A DNA stretch of 58,859 nt from Marinifilum sp. (GTDB lineage: Bacteria > Bacteroidota > Bacteroidia > Bacteroidales > CG2-30-32-10), in the NCBI GenBank assembly GCA_020718065.1, contig DYDE01000008.1, positions 1-58,859 of the forward strand, written 5' to 3'. Below the pieces are notes generated by a model, which was given only the letters and a program-made list of their open reading frames with translations, was not told the DNA's origin and did not search any database. A program made the position numbers and the translations under genes. Positions 10,452 to 19,161 of the stretch are shown one piece after another (the first letter of the stretch is position 1; each line of letters starts with the position of its first letter).

Positions 10452-11645
10452 ATGGACGAATTAGCAAAAAAAATAAATGAACTTGCTGAAAAGTATAAAG
10501 ATTACACAGCAGCTAATCTTTCGAAGCTTGTAAAAATTAAATCAACCAGCATGAAAGAAAAAGAAGTTCAGCTGGAACTAAAACGCCAGATGGTAGAAGC
10601 TGGTTTTGACGAAGTAAAAATTGATGGATTAGGAAATGTATTAGGTAGAATAGGTAATGGTAAAAAAATTCTTGCTATTGATGGGCACATGGATACTGTG
10701 GATGTAGGTAATATTGTCAACTGGACATTTGATCCTTTTTCTGGTGAAATTAAAGATGGTTTTGTTCATGGTCGTGGAACTGTGGATCAGGAAGGCGGAC
10801 CTGCAGCTTTTGTTACTTCAGGTAAAATACTTAAAGAATTGGGTTTTGATAAAGACCTGACCATTTATTTTGTGGGTAGTGTAATGGAAGAAGATTGTGA
10901 TGGGCTTTGCTGGAAATATATTATTGAAGAAGATAAAATCAAACCTGATTTTGTCATTAGTACCGAACCTACTAACCTTAACATTTATCGTGGTCATCGT
11001 GGCAGAATGGAAATTAATGTAACCTTTAAGGGCATTTCTTCTCACGGTTCAGCCCCTGAAAGAGGCAAAAATGCCATTTACATGGCCTCCAAAGCCTGTC
11101 TCGAAATCGAAAAACTGAATGAGCGATTGAAATTTGATGAGTTTCTCGGCAAAGGTTCGGTTACCATTTCCGAATTTATTTCTGGCAGTCCTTCGCTATG
11201 TGCTGTTGCCGATTATGCAAAGATTCACCTCGATAGGAGATTAACTTGGGGAGAAACCAAAGAATCGGCTGTAAAAGAAATTGAAGAAATCGTAAAAGAT
11301 ATGGATGCAAAGGTTGAAGTTCTTTATTACGAAGAAAAAGCTTATACAGGACTCAAATATGGAATGGAGAAATATTTCCCCACTTGGAAAATTTCAACTG
11401 AAGATAAGATTGTAGTTACTGGCGTGGAAGTTTTTAAAGCATTGTTCCATAAAGAACCGCTGGTTGACAAATGGACATTCTCTACCAATGGTATTGCAAC
11501 CAATGGAATGTATAAAATACCAACCATTGGTTTTGGACCTGGTAATGAGGTGCTTGCCCATGCACCTGATGAAAAAGTTCCTGTTAGCGACCTTGTTGCT
11601 GCTTCAGCTTTTTATGCTTTGTACGCTTTTATGATTGCTGAATAG
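10452..11645 (+). CDS. M20-family metallohydrolase (ArgE/DapE/YgeY-like)
   Basis: Metal-ligand motifs IDGHMDTV, GRGTVDQEGG and MEEDCDG, with a size of 397 aa. Confidence 0.8.
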   Translation: MDELAKKINELAEKYKDYTAANLSKLVKIKSTSMKEKEVQLELKRQMVEAGFDEVKIDGLGNVLGRIGNGKKILAIDGHMDTVDVGNIVNWTFDPFSGEIKDGFVHGRGTVDQEGGPAAFVTSGKILKELGFDKDLTIYFVGSVMEEDCDGLCWKYIIEEDKIKPDFVISTEPTNLNIYRGHRGRMEINVTFKGISSHGSAPERGKNAIYMASKACLEIEKLNERLKFDEFLGKGSVTISEFISGSPSLCAVADYAKIHLDRRLTWGETKESAVKEIEEIVKDMDAKVEVLYYEEKAYTGLKYGMEKYFPTWKISTEDKIVVTGVEVFKALFHKEPLVDKWTFSTNGIATNGMYKIPTIGFGPGNEVLAHAPDEKVPVSDLVAASAFYALYAFMIAE

Positions 11646-11689
11646 CAGCAAATTAAACATATCACAAATAATAAAAAGGATAAAAAAAA

Positions 11690-11720
11690 GCGCCATAAAA
11701 AATTTTATGGCGCTTTATAA
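11690..11720. terminator. hairpin between the M20 gene and attL
   Basis: The sequence gcgccataaaa/ttttatggcgc forms a long stem at 11690..11713. It is flanked by an A-run upstream and a short T-run downstream. Confidence 0.55.
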
Positions 11721-11726
11721 ACAATT

Positions 11727-11745
11727 ATTGTGGAGAATAACGGAA
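11727..11745. repeat. attL core (displaced partial copy of the tRNA-Ala 3' end)
   Basis: Identical to 40380..40398. The flanking bases differ on both sides (11746 a versus 40399 t). Confidence 0.9.
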
Positions 11746-11787
11746 AGCCTTTTTTTGTTATTAATTACTTTTATTTCAATATATTAG

Positions 11788-11804
11788 TTTTGTCTCTTTG
11801 TCTC
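11788..11804. repeat. candidate arm-type recombinase binding site, left end (tandem TTTGTCTC)
   Basis: TTTTGTCTCTTTGTCTC here matches TTTTGTCTCCTTTGTCTC at 40311..40328. Both are in the same orientation and lie 43 and 52 bp inside the respective att cores. Confidence 0.5.
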
Positions 11805-12051
11805 ATTTCATTTTACTATGTAAATACTCTTTAACAAATGTTTCTAAAGAGTCTTTCATAATTTCCATATTTTTATTTAACTCTTTTATTTGTTCTCTCA
11901 TTTCTTCCGATTGTTCCTTTATAACTCTGGTCCTATCCTCATATAACATAAGTTCATACATTTTCATTACATTTTCTGTAAGTAATTGCTTATCCTTTGC
12001 CAATACGCGACATTTAAGATAATAATCCAATGCATCCTTAAAATCGGGCAT
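11803..12051 (-). CDS. hypothetical coiled-coil protein, co-oriented with the repressor at the element edge
   Basis: An 82-aa ORF with charged heptad-like sequence. I recognise no motif. Confidence 0.5.
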   Translation of the reverse strand: MPDFKDALDYYLKCRVLAKDKQLLTENVMKMYELMLYEDRTRVIKEQSEEMREQIKELNKNMEIMKDSLETFVKEYLHSKMK

Positions 12052-12064
12052 ATACTTCTATTTA

Positions 12065-12466
12065 TTATTTGTTTGCGTGCATTTTTATAATTATATCCTG
12101 AAGCTCTATTATTTTCTTTCTCGCTTCATCTAATTCCTTATGACATTTTACTTCATTCACACTTTGATTTATATTATTGCCATTCGCAATTATACTATGA
12201 TCTACCCTATTATTATCATTCTTATTTATATTACCATAAATAGCTTGCTGTTCGTTCACATGACTATTGGTTTCTTCAAACCAATATAACATAGAAACTT
12301 CTAAAACAGTGCTTATTTTTTCCAAATTTTTAATTTTTATTTCAGTTTTTCCTGACAAAAAATCATAACAAGATTGTTTTGCCAGTCCAATTTTTTCTGC
12401 CAGCTCTGGAATTGCCATTTTTTTCTTATCTAATAATTGTTTGATTTTTAATATTATAGCTTCCAT
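12065..12466 (-). CDS. XRE/cI-like HTH transcriptional repressor
   Basis: N-terminal HTH (MAIPELAEKIGLAKQSCYDFLSGKTEIKIKNLEKISTVLEV). It is divergent from a second HTH gene, which is the classic lysogeny-switch layout. Confidence 0.7.
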   Translation of the reverse strand: MEAIILKIKQLLDKKKMAIPELAEKIGLAKQSCYDFLSGKTEIKIKNLEKISTVLEVSMLYWFEETNSHVNEQQAIYGNINKNDNNRVDHSIIANGNNINQSVNEVKCHKELDEARKKIIELQDIIIKMHANK

Positions 12467-12500
12467 AATGAAAATAATTTAAAAAAAAGTAAGAAAAAAC

Positions 12501-12531
12501 TTGACTTGAGTCAATTAATATATTATATTTG
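12501..12531 (+). promoter_or_regulatory. candidate early promoter with overlapping palindromic operator
   Basis: TTGACTtgAGTCAA is a palindrome at 12501..12514. TTG(12501)-N20-TATATTTG(12524..12531) fits the Bacteroidota TTTG/TAnnTTTG promoter architecture and lies upstream of the Cro-like gene. Confidence 0.5.
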
Positions 12532-12614
12532 TTCCATCAAATTCTTATTATTTGAAATTACAAATAGAAAGTATTTAAACGGACAAATAAAATAATTGTT
12601 TCAAACAAATAAAA

Positions 12615-12902
12615 ATGAACAAAATGGAAACACTAAAAGACTCATTGAAGCAAAAATTAACTGCTTTTGAGTGGGAAAATTTCGAAAAACTTTTAAATAT
12701 AAGCAAGAAAAAACTTTCTCGTTTATTGAATGGGATTGATCATTATGAATTTTACCACATTAAAGTTCTTAGTGACATTTTAAGAATAGATCCTGAAGAA
12801 TTGATCAATACCTATAAGATTAATAATAAGATCACGCTGGACGAACTTAAGGATTTAAAAAATAATTATGTATTACTTATTAAAAAACTTAAGAATGTTT
12901 AA
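12615..12902 (+). CDS. Cro-like HTH protein
   Basis: 95 aa with an HTH-like segment (LLNISKKKLSRLLNGIDHYEFYHIKVLSDIL). It is divergent from the repressor. Confidence 0.5.
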   Translation: MNKMETLKDSLKQKLTAFEWENFEKLLNISKKKLSRLLNGIDHYEFYHIKVLSDILRIDPEELINTYKINNKITLDELKDLKNNYVLLIKKLKNV

Positions 12903-13064
12903 CGTCTTAAAAGATAGGATTATAATGATTAATCCTGATCATAAAATCATTGATAAGAAGAAAATATTGAAAGAGTTAAAAGATCTAGGACCAATATTTC
13001 AAATTATTCATTGCTTACCAATATGCCCTAATTAAATCATTATTCACTTAAAACCCTTAAAAAA

Positions 13065-13289
13065 ATGGATTCAGAAATTTTAAAACAATTAATCGAAATC
13101 AGTAAAAACAAAAATGTAACTTATGAAGTTACAACAATTGGAATACATGAAGAAGATAAAAGAACAATAACTACTTTAAAAATTACTCAAGCAGTAGATT
13201 ATAACAATGTTTTCGATGCTGCTGTAAATAAATTTGTACCTGTTATAAATGATATAATAGATCAATTAAAAACAGAAAAAGCACTTTAA
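13065..13289 (+). CDS. hypothetical early protein
   Basis: A 74-aa ORF followed directly by a strong intrinsic terminator. Confidence 0.5.
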   Translation: MDSEILKQLIEISKNKNVTYEVTTIGIHEEDKRTITTLKITQAVDYNNVFDAAVNKFVPVINDIIDQLKTEKAL

Positions 13290-13297
13290 ATTATATA

Positions 13298-13329
13298 GCG
13301 AATCCGGATCCTCCGGGTTCGCTTTTTTA
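13298..13329 (+). terminator. rho-independent terminator
   Basis: GCGAATCCGGA-tcc-TCCGGGTTCGC forms an 11-bp stem with one G-U pair, followed by TTTTTT. Confidence 0.85.
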
Positions 13330-13508
13330 TTAATTAATAATAGGAGACCGTACCCATGAACACCCCAGACAACAAAGCAAATTCAAAAAGTTTTATTCCT
13401 GAACACAGGGAACAAAACACCCCCCCCTAGAATATCTCATGTTTTGGATTATAGAAACTCCCAAAAGATGTGGAGCTAACAGAAGTATTAACAATTAAAA
13501 ATATCATT

Positions 13509-14135
13509 ATGGAAACCCTCACAATCATTTATATTCTTAAAATTATTGGATCCATTGTTTTAATCATTTTAGCAGCTTCTATTTGCTTTAGTTCTGTTTA
13601 CTATTTTTTTAAATGCTACAATCAAGAAAAAACAATGGATATGCTATATGAAGAAATATCCGAACAAAACAAGCAATACAAAGAATTGCTTAAAATAAAT
13701 GAACAAATAGAAGAAAAGAATATTGAATTAGAAGTAAAGATTTTAGAACTAGAATCTCAAATATCCAAATTACAATATATTAATAATGGATTAGAAAAAT
13801 CAATAGGTTATTTTTCTATTGAAAAAGTTAAAGCTAATTGCCTTATAGAAGATCTCACCTGCAAACTAAACTCTTCGCGTGCTAAAATTTCTGTTCTATC
13901 TAAAAACATAAATATTCCTGAAAATGATCTGGTCGAATTTCTTTTAAAACATAAGAAAAAAGTAAGTAAAATTTATGTTCAGGAAGGCGAATTTCCTTCA
14001 ATTACAAACTTCTGTCTTTATTGCGAATTTCCCATATCTGAAGAAAAAACTTTTTGCAATAAATCTTGTCAGGAACAATATAGAAAAAATAATTATAAAC
14101 CAGCTCCAAATCCAACATCCTATGAGAAAATGTAA
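13509..14135 (+). CDS. membrane-anchored coiled-coil protein with a C-terminal zinc-ribbon (FCS/TRASH-like CX2CX10CX3C)
   Basis: TM helix (IIGSIVLIILAASICFSSVYYFF), a long heptad region, then CLYCEFPISEEKTFCNKSC. The ORF-track start 13470 is GTG, so I use ATG at 13509. Confidence 0.5.
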   Translation: METLTIIYILKIIGSIVLIILAASICFSSVYYFFKCYNQEKTMDMLYEEISEQNKQYKELLKINEQIEEKNIELEVKILELESQISKLQYINNGLEKSIGYFSIEKVKANCLIEDLTCKLNSSRAKISVLSKNINIPENDLVEFLLKHKKKVSKIYVQEGEFPSITNFCLYCEFPISEEKTFCNKSCQEQYRKNNYKPAPNPTSYEKM

Positions 14136-14230
14136 TTGCAACCGCAAAGCCCGTGAAAAATCTAAAAGGACTTTACACGACATTAAAACAGGTAAAAAAA
14201 GAATAACCTTCAAAAAAGAGGAGAATAAAA

Positions 14231-14464
14231 ATGAAATCTAATAAAAACCCTTTTAATGAATCATTTTTTAAGAAAATGAATGATTTTTTCGATAGTGAAA
14301 AGATTACTTATTGTATGGTTTCAAATACTTATGCAATAAGAACAGGATATATATCAAAAAGGCATAGCATTTTCTTAAATAAAATAGTTCCTAAAGATTA
14401 TAGCTGGATATGTTTTTTACATATTGGAATGATTGAAATTTATAAAAAAAGCCCTATACAATGA
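14231..14464 (+). CDS. hypothetical early protein
   Basis: A 77-aa ORF preceded by GAGGAG. Its stop overlaps the next start (ATGA). Confidence 0.45.
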   Translation: MKSNKNPFNESFFKKMNDFFDSEKITYCMVSNTYAIRTGYISKRHSIFLNKIVPKDYSWICFLHIGMIEIYKKSPIQ

Positions 14465-14673
14465 AAACACTTTATAAAATAATTATCGGATTCTTTACCT
14501 GGTTGTTTATGTGTGTTCTCATCTTTCTGGCAATAGCATTTTATTGTTATGAATTAGATCCCAATTTATGGACAGAAGTACACCGGGGTATTTTCGGTTT
14601 ACTCTGTATCGTTTCATTTATTACGACTATTAGCTTAATCCTGATAAATCCAAAGCAAAATGAAAAAGATTAA
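14461..14673 (+). CDS. small two-TM membrane protein
   Basis: 70 aa with two hydrophobic helices (IIIGFFTWLFMCVLIFLAIAFYC and GIFGLLCIVSFITTISLILI). Confidence 0.5.
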   Translation: MKTLYKIIIGFFTWLFMCVLIFLAIAFYCYELDPNLWTEVHRGIFGLLCIVSFITTISLILINPKQNEKD

Positions 14674-14793
14674 TATATACACAATATTTGTAATATTCAC
14701 TAAAACTTACTTTATAGCATTGGTTGTTATTGCTAGTTGTGTTATTCTCTTTTGTGTTTATTTGCTTCTAAAGTTCCTTTTAAAATTCTAACT

Positions 14794-15027
14794 ATGAAAG
14801 TAATTGCAGAAAAAACCCACTTTGCAAACAAGGATTATATTATTTACAATGATATTGTAATTGATATTTATATAACAGAAAGCGGTTCTCGTATATTTTC
14901 TACAATTGGGCTAACAAATCACAATGTATTAGGTAGTAAAACTTTCAGATATGTTAGACAATATATTAATAATCAGTTTGCACTTAATCCACTTACAGGA
15001 TCTCAAATTAAAAAAAAGTATTCATAA
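14794..15027 (+). CDS. hypothetical early protein
   Basis: The ORF-track start 14737 is TTG. ATG at 14794 (MKVIAEK) is more plausible. Confidence 0.4.
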   Translation: MKVIAEKTHFANKDYIIYNDIVIDIYITESGSRIFSTIGLTNHNVLGSKTFRYVRQYINNQFALNPLTGSQIKKKYS

Positions 15028-15045
15028 ACCAAAACCCCCGTCAAA

Positions 15046-15288
15046 ATGTCAGAAATAAATGAAACTCCCAGCATTACATTTTCAAATGAAACGGATCTGA
15101 AACTTTTGCTATCATTCACCAAACATGGGATTTTTCTTTATGAAAAATTCTTGGTTAAGGCAAAAGACGAAAGATGTGAGAAAGATTTTATTAATAAAAT
15201 ACAATCTGATATCAATAAAGGTAATTTAATCAAAGAAGCCTTAGAGCTTAAAATAGACAGATTTAACTTGGTTGCTGATCCTAAATAA
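15046..15288 (+). CDS. hypothetical early protein
   Basis: An 80-aa ORF with an AAACCCCC motif just upstream of the ATG. Confidence 0.45.
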   Translation: MSEINETPSITFSNETDLKLLLSFTKHGIFLYEKFLVKAKDERCEKDFINKIQSDINKGNLIKEALELKIDRFNLVADPK

Positions 15289-15296
15289 TTATTTCT

Positions 15297-15551
15297 ATGG
15301 AAATCAACTATTAATTACAAAATCCTGAAGTTGTTTTTACCACCTTCAACAAAGCAATAACAATCAGTTATTACGATGCGCTTAAATTTTCGGTTGAAGA
15401 ATTGCGAATAATTCAGGATAATATAAACAGAACTATTATGCCAAAAGATAACAAGATTACATATTTTTTTAATTCTGAAATTAAATACAACATCGTTTCA
15501 GAACTGTTTACTAAACTAAAAATTGAACAATCAATTTTAACCATCGAATAA
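15297..15551 (+). pseudogene. 84-codon reading frame interrupted by a single in-frame TAA at codon 6
   Basis: ATG GAA ATC AAC TAT TAA (15312..15314) is followed by 78 open codons in the same frame. These end in a TAATG overlap with the next gene. The only downstream in-frame ATG is at 15438. Confidence 0.3.
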
Positions 15552-15832
15552 TGCAGGAAAAATATTATCTAAAAGTTAAGGATCTTCTTTTAAAAGTATT
15601 CAGAGTAAGAAAATATCTTATTCGTTGCAATACCGATAAAAAAGCCGTCACACTTACAGAAATTGAAATTCTTGAACAAGAATTATTATTGATCAATTCG
15701 CCAGCTCCTGCAGCAAAGTTTATTTTAAAACACTTTGACAAGTTGCTTTATTACATTCAACCCAATCAGAAAATATTTATCGAAACGCTTAACAAGCTTG
15801 CAATGGAAGCAAAAGAAATACTAAAAGAATGA
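15551..15832 (+). CDS. hypothetical early protein
   Basis: A 93-aa ORF with no recognisable motif. Confidence 0.45.
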   Translation: MQEKYYLKVKDLLLKVFRVRKYLIRCNTDKKAVTLTEIEILEQELLLINSPAPAAKFILKHFDKLLYYIQPNQKIFIETLNKLAMEAKEILKE

Positions 15833-15845
15833 ACAAAAAAAAAGC

Positions 15846-15880
15846 CCTGGTTTGCAGCCCAGGACTTTTATATATTTTTT
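15846..15880 (+). terminator. weak terminator-like hairpin
   Basis: A 5-bp CCTGG...CCAGG GC stem followed by a T-rich tract. Confidence 0.4.
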
Positions 15881-15929
15881 CTTAACCTTCACAAAATTAG
15901 TAATTTATTTTTAATAAACAAAATATTTT

Positions 15930-16163
15930 ATGGAGGGATATACAAAATATAACAAAAAAACATTAGCTGCAAAATTAGGTATATCTGTTTATATCCTTAA
16001 AAAAGAACTGCAATATATGTTTGAGGATGAAGAGATAAAAAAAGAATTTGGAAAATACAGAAACAGATACTTTAAACCTTTCCAGATAGAGATTATAAAA
16101 AGAGAAACAAAACTATTCCCACTAAAATATGATTCCGAAAGAAACGATAGATCAGATAATTGA
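15930..16163 (+). CDS. small HTH protein upstream of the primase
   Basis: KKTLAAKLGISVYILKKELQYM looks like an HTH. The ORF overlaps the primase start. Confidence 0.45.
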   Translation: MEGYTKYNKKTLAAKLGISVYILKKELQYMFEDEEIKKEFGKYRNRYFKPFQIEIIKRETKLFPLKYDSERNDRSDN

Positions 16164-19161
16164 AAACTCCAAAATCTTAGACATTGCTCAGGATTTTATA
16201 AATGACTTAAAAAAATCAGGCACCAGCTTCAAAGGTACCTGCCCGATGTGTGGGGAGAAAAAACTAAATATTACTCCCACAAAAAAAATATTTAAATGCT
16301 TCCACAATTGCGGTTTCAAAGGTAATAATGCTGTTACCTTTCTTATGGAATCGCAAAAAATGGATTACCCAACAGCATTAAAATATTGCGCTGATAAGTA
16401 TAATATCCCAATTGAAGAAGTTAAACAAAAAAAAGGACCTCAAAAAAAAGGAGGCGAAAAACAACTGTCCTTCAGAGATGTTCAGTTACAACTTTCAGGG
16501 CTTACAAACGCTGATCAGAAAGCAACTGTTAAAATAGATGAAAACACCCGCAAAGTAGTTGATGTTTTTGAATCCGGTACACTTGATCAATTTGGTCGAA
16601 TTGTCCCCGGTGATGATATGATCATCTGGTATTTTGACTTGGATGGTAATCCGGTTTTATACCAAAAACAAAAATCAAATAAATTAGAACCCTTATTTCG
16701 GGTTCGCTGGCAAAATCCCGAACTACATCCGGACAAACAAGGTAAACCAGTAAAATATAAATCTCCTTTTGGTTCAGGTTCTCATATTTACATTCCTGAA
16801 GTTGTTCGCAAAGCATATAAAGAAGCCAGGGTTATAAAAAGGCTTTATATTCAGGAAGGTGAAAAGAAAGCAGAAAAAGCGTGCAAACATGGCATTTTTT
16901 CTGTAGGTGTTATGGGTATTCATTCTATTGCTTACAATGGAGTGTTACCAATGGAATTTCAACAATTGATAAAAACCTGTAGGATAGAAGAAATAGTTTT
17001 TGTTTTAGATGCTGATTACGATCAGATAAGAGAAAATGCAGGAATAAAAGAAAGGATAGAACAACGCCCCTATTCTTTTTTTAAAGCAGTTATTAATTAC
17101 AGAGATTATTTCAAAAAGTTTTCAAACATCAGCATTTATCTCGAATTGTTTTTTGCAAACATTCTTACGAATGAAAAACATGATAAGGGTATTGATGATT
17201 TGCTTACCAATACATTGCCCACCCGTGAAAATGAACTTTATCAGGATTTTGAAACCGCCATCAATGATAAAGAAAACAATCACAAAGGAAATTTTGTTCA
17301 ACTCTACAAAATAACAACCGCCCCCGAAAACAAAATTCAGGAATACTTTTGTATTGATAGTATCGAAAATTTTTGCAAAAAACATTTAGAAACCCTCAAA
17401 CTATTACCCGAATTCTATTTTGGTAAACACAAATGGAGAATAGTTGAAGATATTCCCGAATTAGCTCAACCGCTAATGGACAATGAAATTTACTGGGAGC
17501 TAAACACCTGGACAGATGGAAAAGGAAAAGAACATAAAGACTATAGATTTGATTATGAAAATGCTTATAACTTCCTTAAAAACCGTGGTTTTGGTCGTAT
17601 TCGTATGATCGATAACAAATTTATTTTTGTTCATATTATCAATAACATTATAAACGTAGTAGATAGCTTATATATGCGCGACTACGTGATGCAAATAACA
17701 AAAGAAATTGCACCCAAAGAAATCCGCAATATGCTTTACCGGGGTGGCAAAATGTATTTGGGTCCCGATTCACTTTCTAATATTGATTATGTTTTTCCAC
17801 AATTTATACAATCAGAAAAAACAGCGCAGCATATTTTTTTTAATGAAGTGTATTGGAAGATCACAGCTAACAAAATTGAAGAGCAATCTATAAACAACCT
17901 TCAAAATAATGTTTGGAGCGATAAGGTAAAAAATGTAAAAGTTTCACTTATAAGTGAAACTCTTATTAAAATAACTCCGATCGATGCAGATTTTATAAAT
18001 GAGTTGCCTGCAGACAAAAAACAAGAGTTTGCTGATAAAATTGGTCAGTATGGTATCGATCTTTCTGATAATGCCAAAAATTGTCATTTTATTAAATTCC
18101 TGATCAATACCAGCGATTTTTACTGGCAAATGCATTTAAAAAATAACAAAGAACCATTAGATAAGGATTATAGAACTTTAACAGAAATTTTAGAAACAAA
18201 CCTTCATTTTGTTTCCAAAATTACAGCCATAGGTTATTTGCTACACAAACACCGCGACCGTTCATGTGAAAAGGCTGTTATAGGGATGGATGGAAAAAAT
18301 TCTGAAATTGGTGAAAGCAACGGAAGATCCGGAAAAAGTTTATTGGGTTATGCCATTGGTAATATGATACCTCAGGTATATATCCCCGGTAAAGAAAAAA
18401 ATTTAACAGAAGACCGATTTCTGTTTGAACAGGTAAACGAAAAAACAGATAATATCTTTATAGATGATACCCGCCCAAACTTTGACTTTGAATTTCTTTT
18501 CCCGGTGATCACGGGTATAATGCTTGTTAATGCCAAAGGTGATAAAAAATTTAGTTTACCCTCTCACTTAGTGCCAAAAATTTATTTAACAACCAATCAT
18601 GCAATAAATGGCAATTCAGGATCATTCAGAGACAGACAGGCATATATTTGTTTTTCTGATTATTACAACGAAAACTATAAACCAATTCACGATTTTGGCC
18701 TTAACTTTTTTGATGAATGGGAAGCTGATCAGTGGAATTTGTTTTACAATTTTATGGCTTTTTGCCTGCAAACCTATTTCAAATTAGGCTTGGTTTCTCC
18801 ACCTATGGAAATTGTGGAAAAAAGAAGATTAAGACAATATATAGGTGATGAATTTATCACCTGGTGCAATGAGTTTTATGGCACTACCGATGATGATGAT
18901 CCGCAAACTACTTTTGGAGTCAACATAAACATACCCATACCCAGAACTGAAATATTCAGTAATTTCCAAAGCAAATGCCCAGCTTTAACTAAATGGGTGA
19001 AAGCAAAGAATTTTAAAGATAAATTAAAAGCCTGGTGCAAATATCGGGACCTGATTTTTAACCCCCACGGCGAAAAAGAAAAGGTAGGTAAGGACAATAA
19101 AAGCGGTGGGGTGGAATATATGATAGTTGGTAATAACAAATTTAATTCTAATGTATTATGA
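16129..19161 (+). CDS. bifunctional DNA primase / SF3 helicase (CHC2 zinc finger + Toprim + D5/P4-alpha-like NTPase)
   Basis: Zinc finger CPMCGEKK...FKCFHNCGFKGN. Toprim acidic motifs YIQEGEKKAEK and FVLDADYD. Walker A GESNGRSGKS, Walker B NIFIDD and motif C LTTNH. Confidence 0.85.
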   Translation: MIPKETIDQIIENSKILDIAQDFINDLKKSGTSFKGTCPMCGEKKLNITPTKKIFKCFHNCGFKGNNAVTFLMESQKMDYPTALKYCADKYNIPIEEVKQKKGPQKKGGEKQLSFRDVQLQLSGLTNADQKATVKIDENTRKVVDVFESGTLDQFGRIVPGDDMIIWYFDLDGNPVLYQKQKSNKLEPLFRVRWQNPELHPDKQGKPVKYKSPFGSGSHIYIPEVVRKAYKEARVIKRLYIQEGEKKAEKACKHGIFSVGVMGIHSIAYNGVLPMEFQQLIKTCRIEEIVFVLDADYDQIRENAGIKERIEQRPYSFFKAVINYRDYFKKFSNISIYLELFFANILTNEKHDKGIDDLLTNTLPTRENELYQDFETAINDKENNHKGNFVQLYKITTAPENKIQEYFCIDSIENFCKKHLETLKLLPEFYFGKHKWRIVEDIPELAQPLMDNEIYWELNTWTDGKGKEHKDYRFDYENAYNFLKNRGFGRIRMIDNKFIFVHIINNIINVVDSLYMRDYVMQITKEIAPKEIRNMLYRGGKMYLGPDSLSNIDYVFPQFIQSEKTAQHIFFNEVYWKITANKIEEQSINNLQNNVWSDKVKNVKVSLISETLIKITPIDADFINELPADKKQEFADKIGQYGIDLSDNAKNCHFIKFLINTSDFYWQMHLKNNKEPLDKDYRTLTEILETNLHFVSKITAIGYLLHKHRDRSCEKAVIGMDGKNSEIGESNGRSGKSLLGYAIGNMIPQVYIPGKEKNLTEDRFLFEQVNEKTDNIFIDDTRPNFDFEFLFPVITGIMLVNAKGDKKFSLPSHLVPKIYLTTNHAINGNSGSFRDRQAYICFSDYYNENYKPIHDFGLNFFDEWEADQWNLFYNFMAFCLQTYFKLGLVSPPMEIVEKRRLRQYIGDEFITWCNEFYGTTDDDDPQTTFGVNINIPIPRTEIFSNFQSKCPALTKWVKAKNFKDKLKAWCKYRDLIFNPHGEKEKVGKDNKSGGVEYMIVGNNKFNSNVL

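Noticed and set aside
13975-14241. 88-aa plus-strand ORF and 71-aa minus-strand ORF (13998..14213) overlapping the 3' end of ORF 13509..14135
   Set aside because: These are alternative frames of a K-rich region. The zinc-ribbon-containing frame is the coherent one. No independent start context supports either.
16622-19139. Minus-strand ORFs within the primase-helicase gene and other element genes (16622..16816, 17122..17385, 17944..18135, 18876..19139, also 27611..27880, 28219..28497, 30388..30678, 35457..35702, 38500..38757, 38788..38973)
   Set aside because: All are antisense to longer, motif-bearing or tightly chained plus-strand genes. For example, 38500..38757 is merely the F-rich complement of a K/E-rich coding tract.
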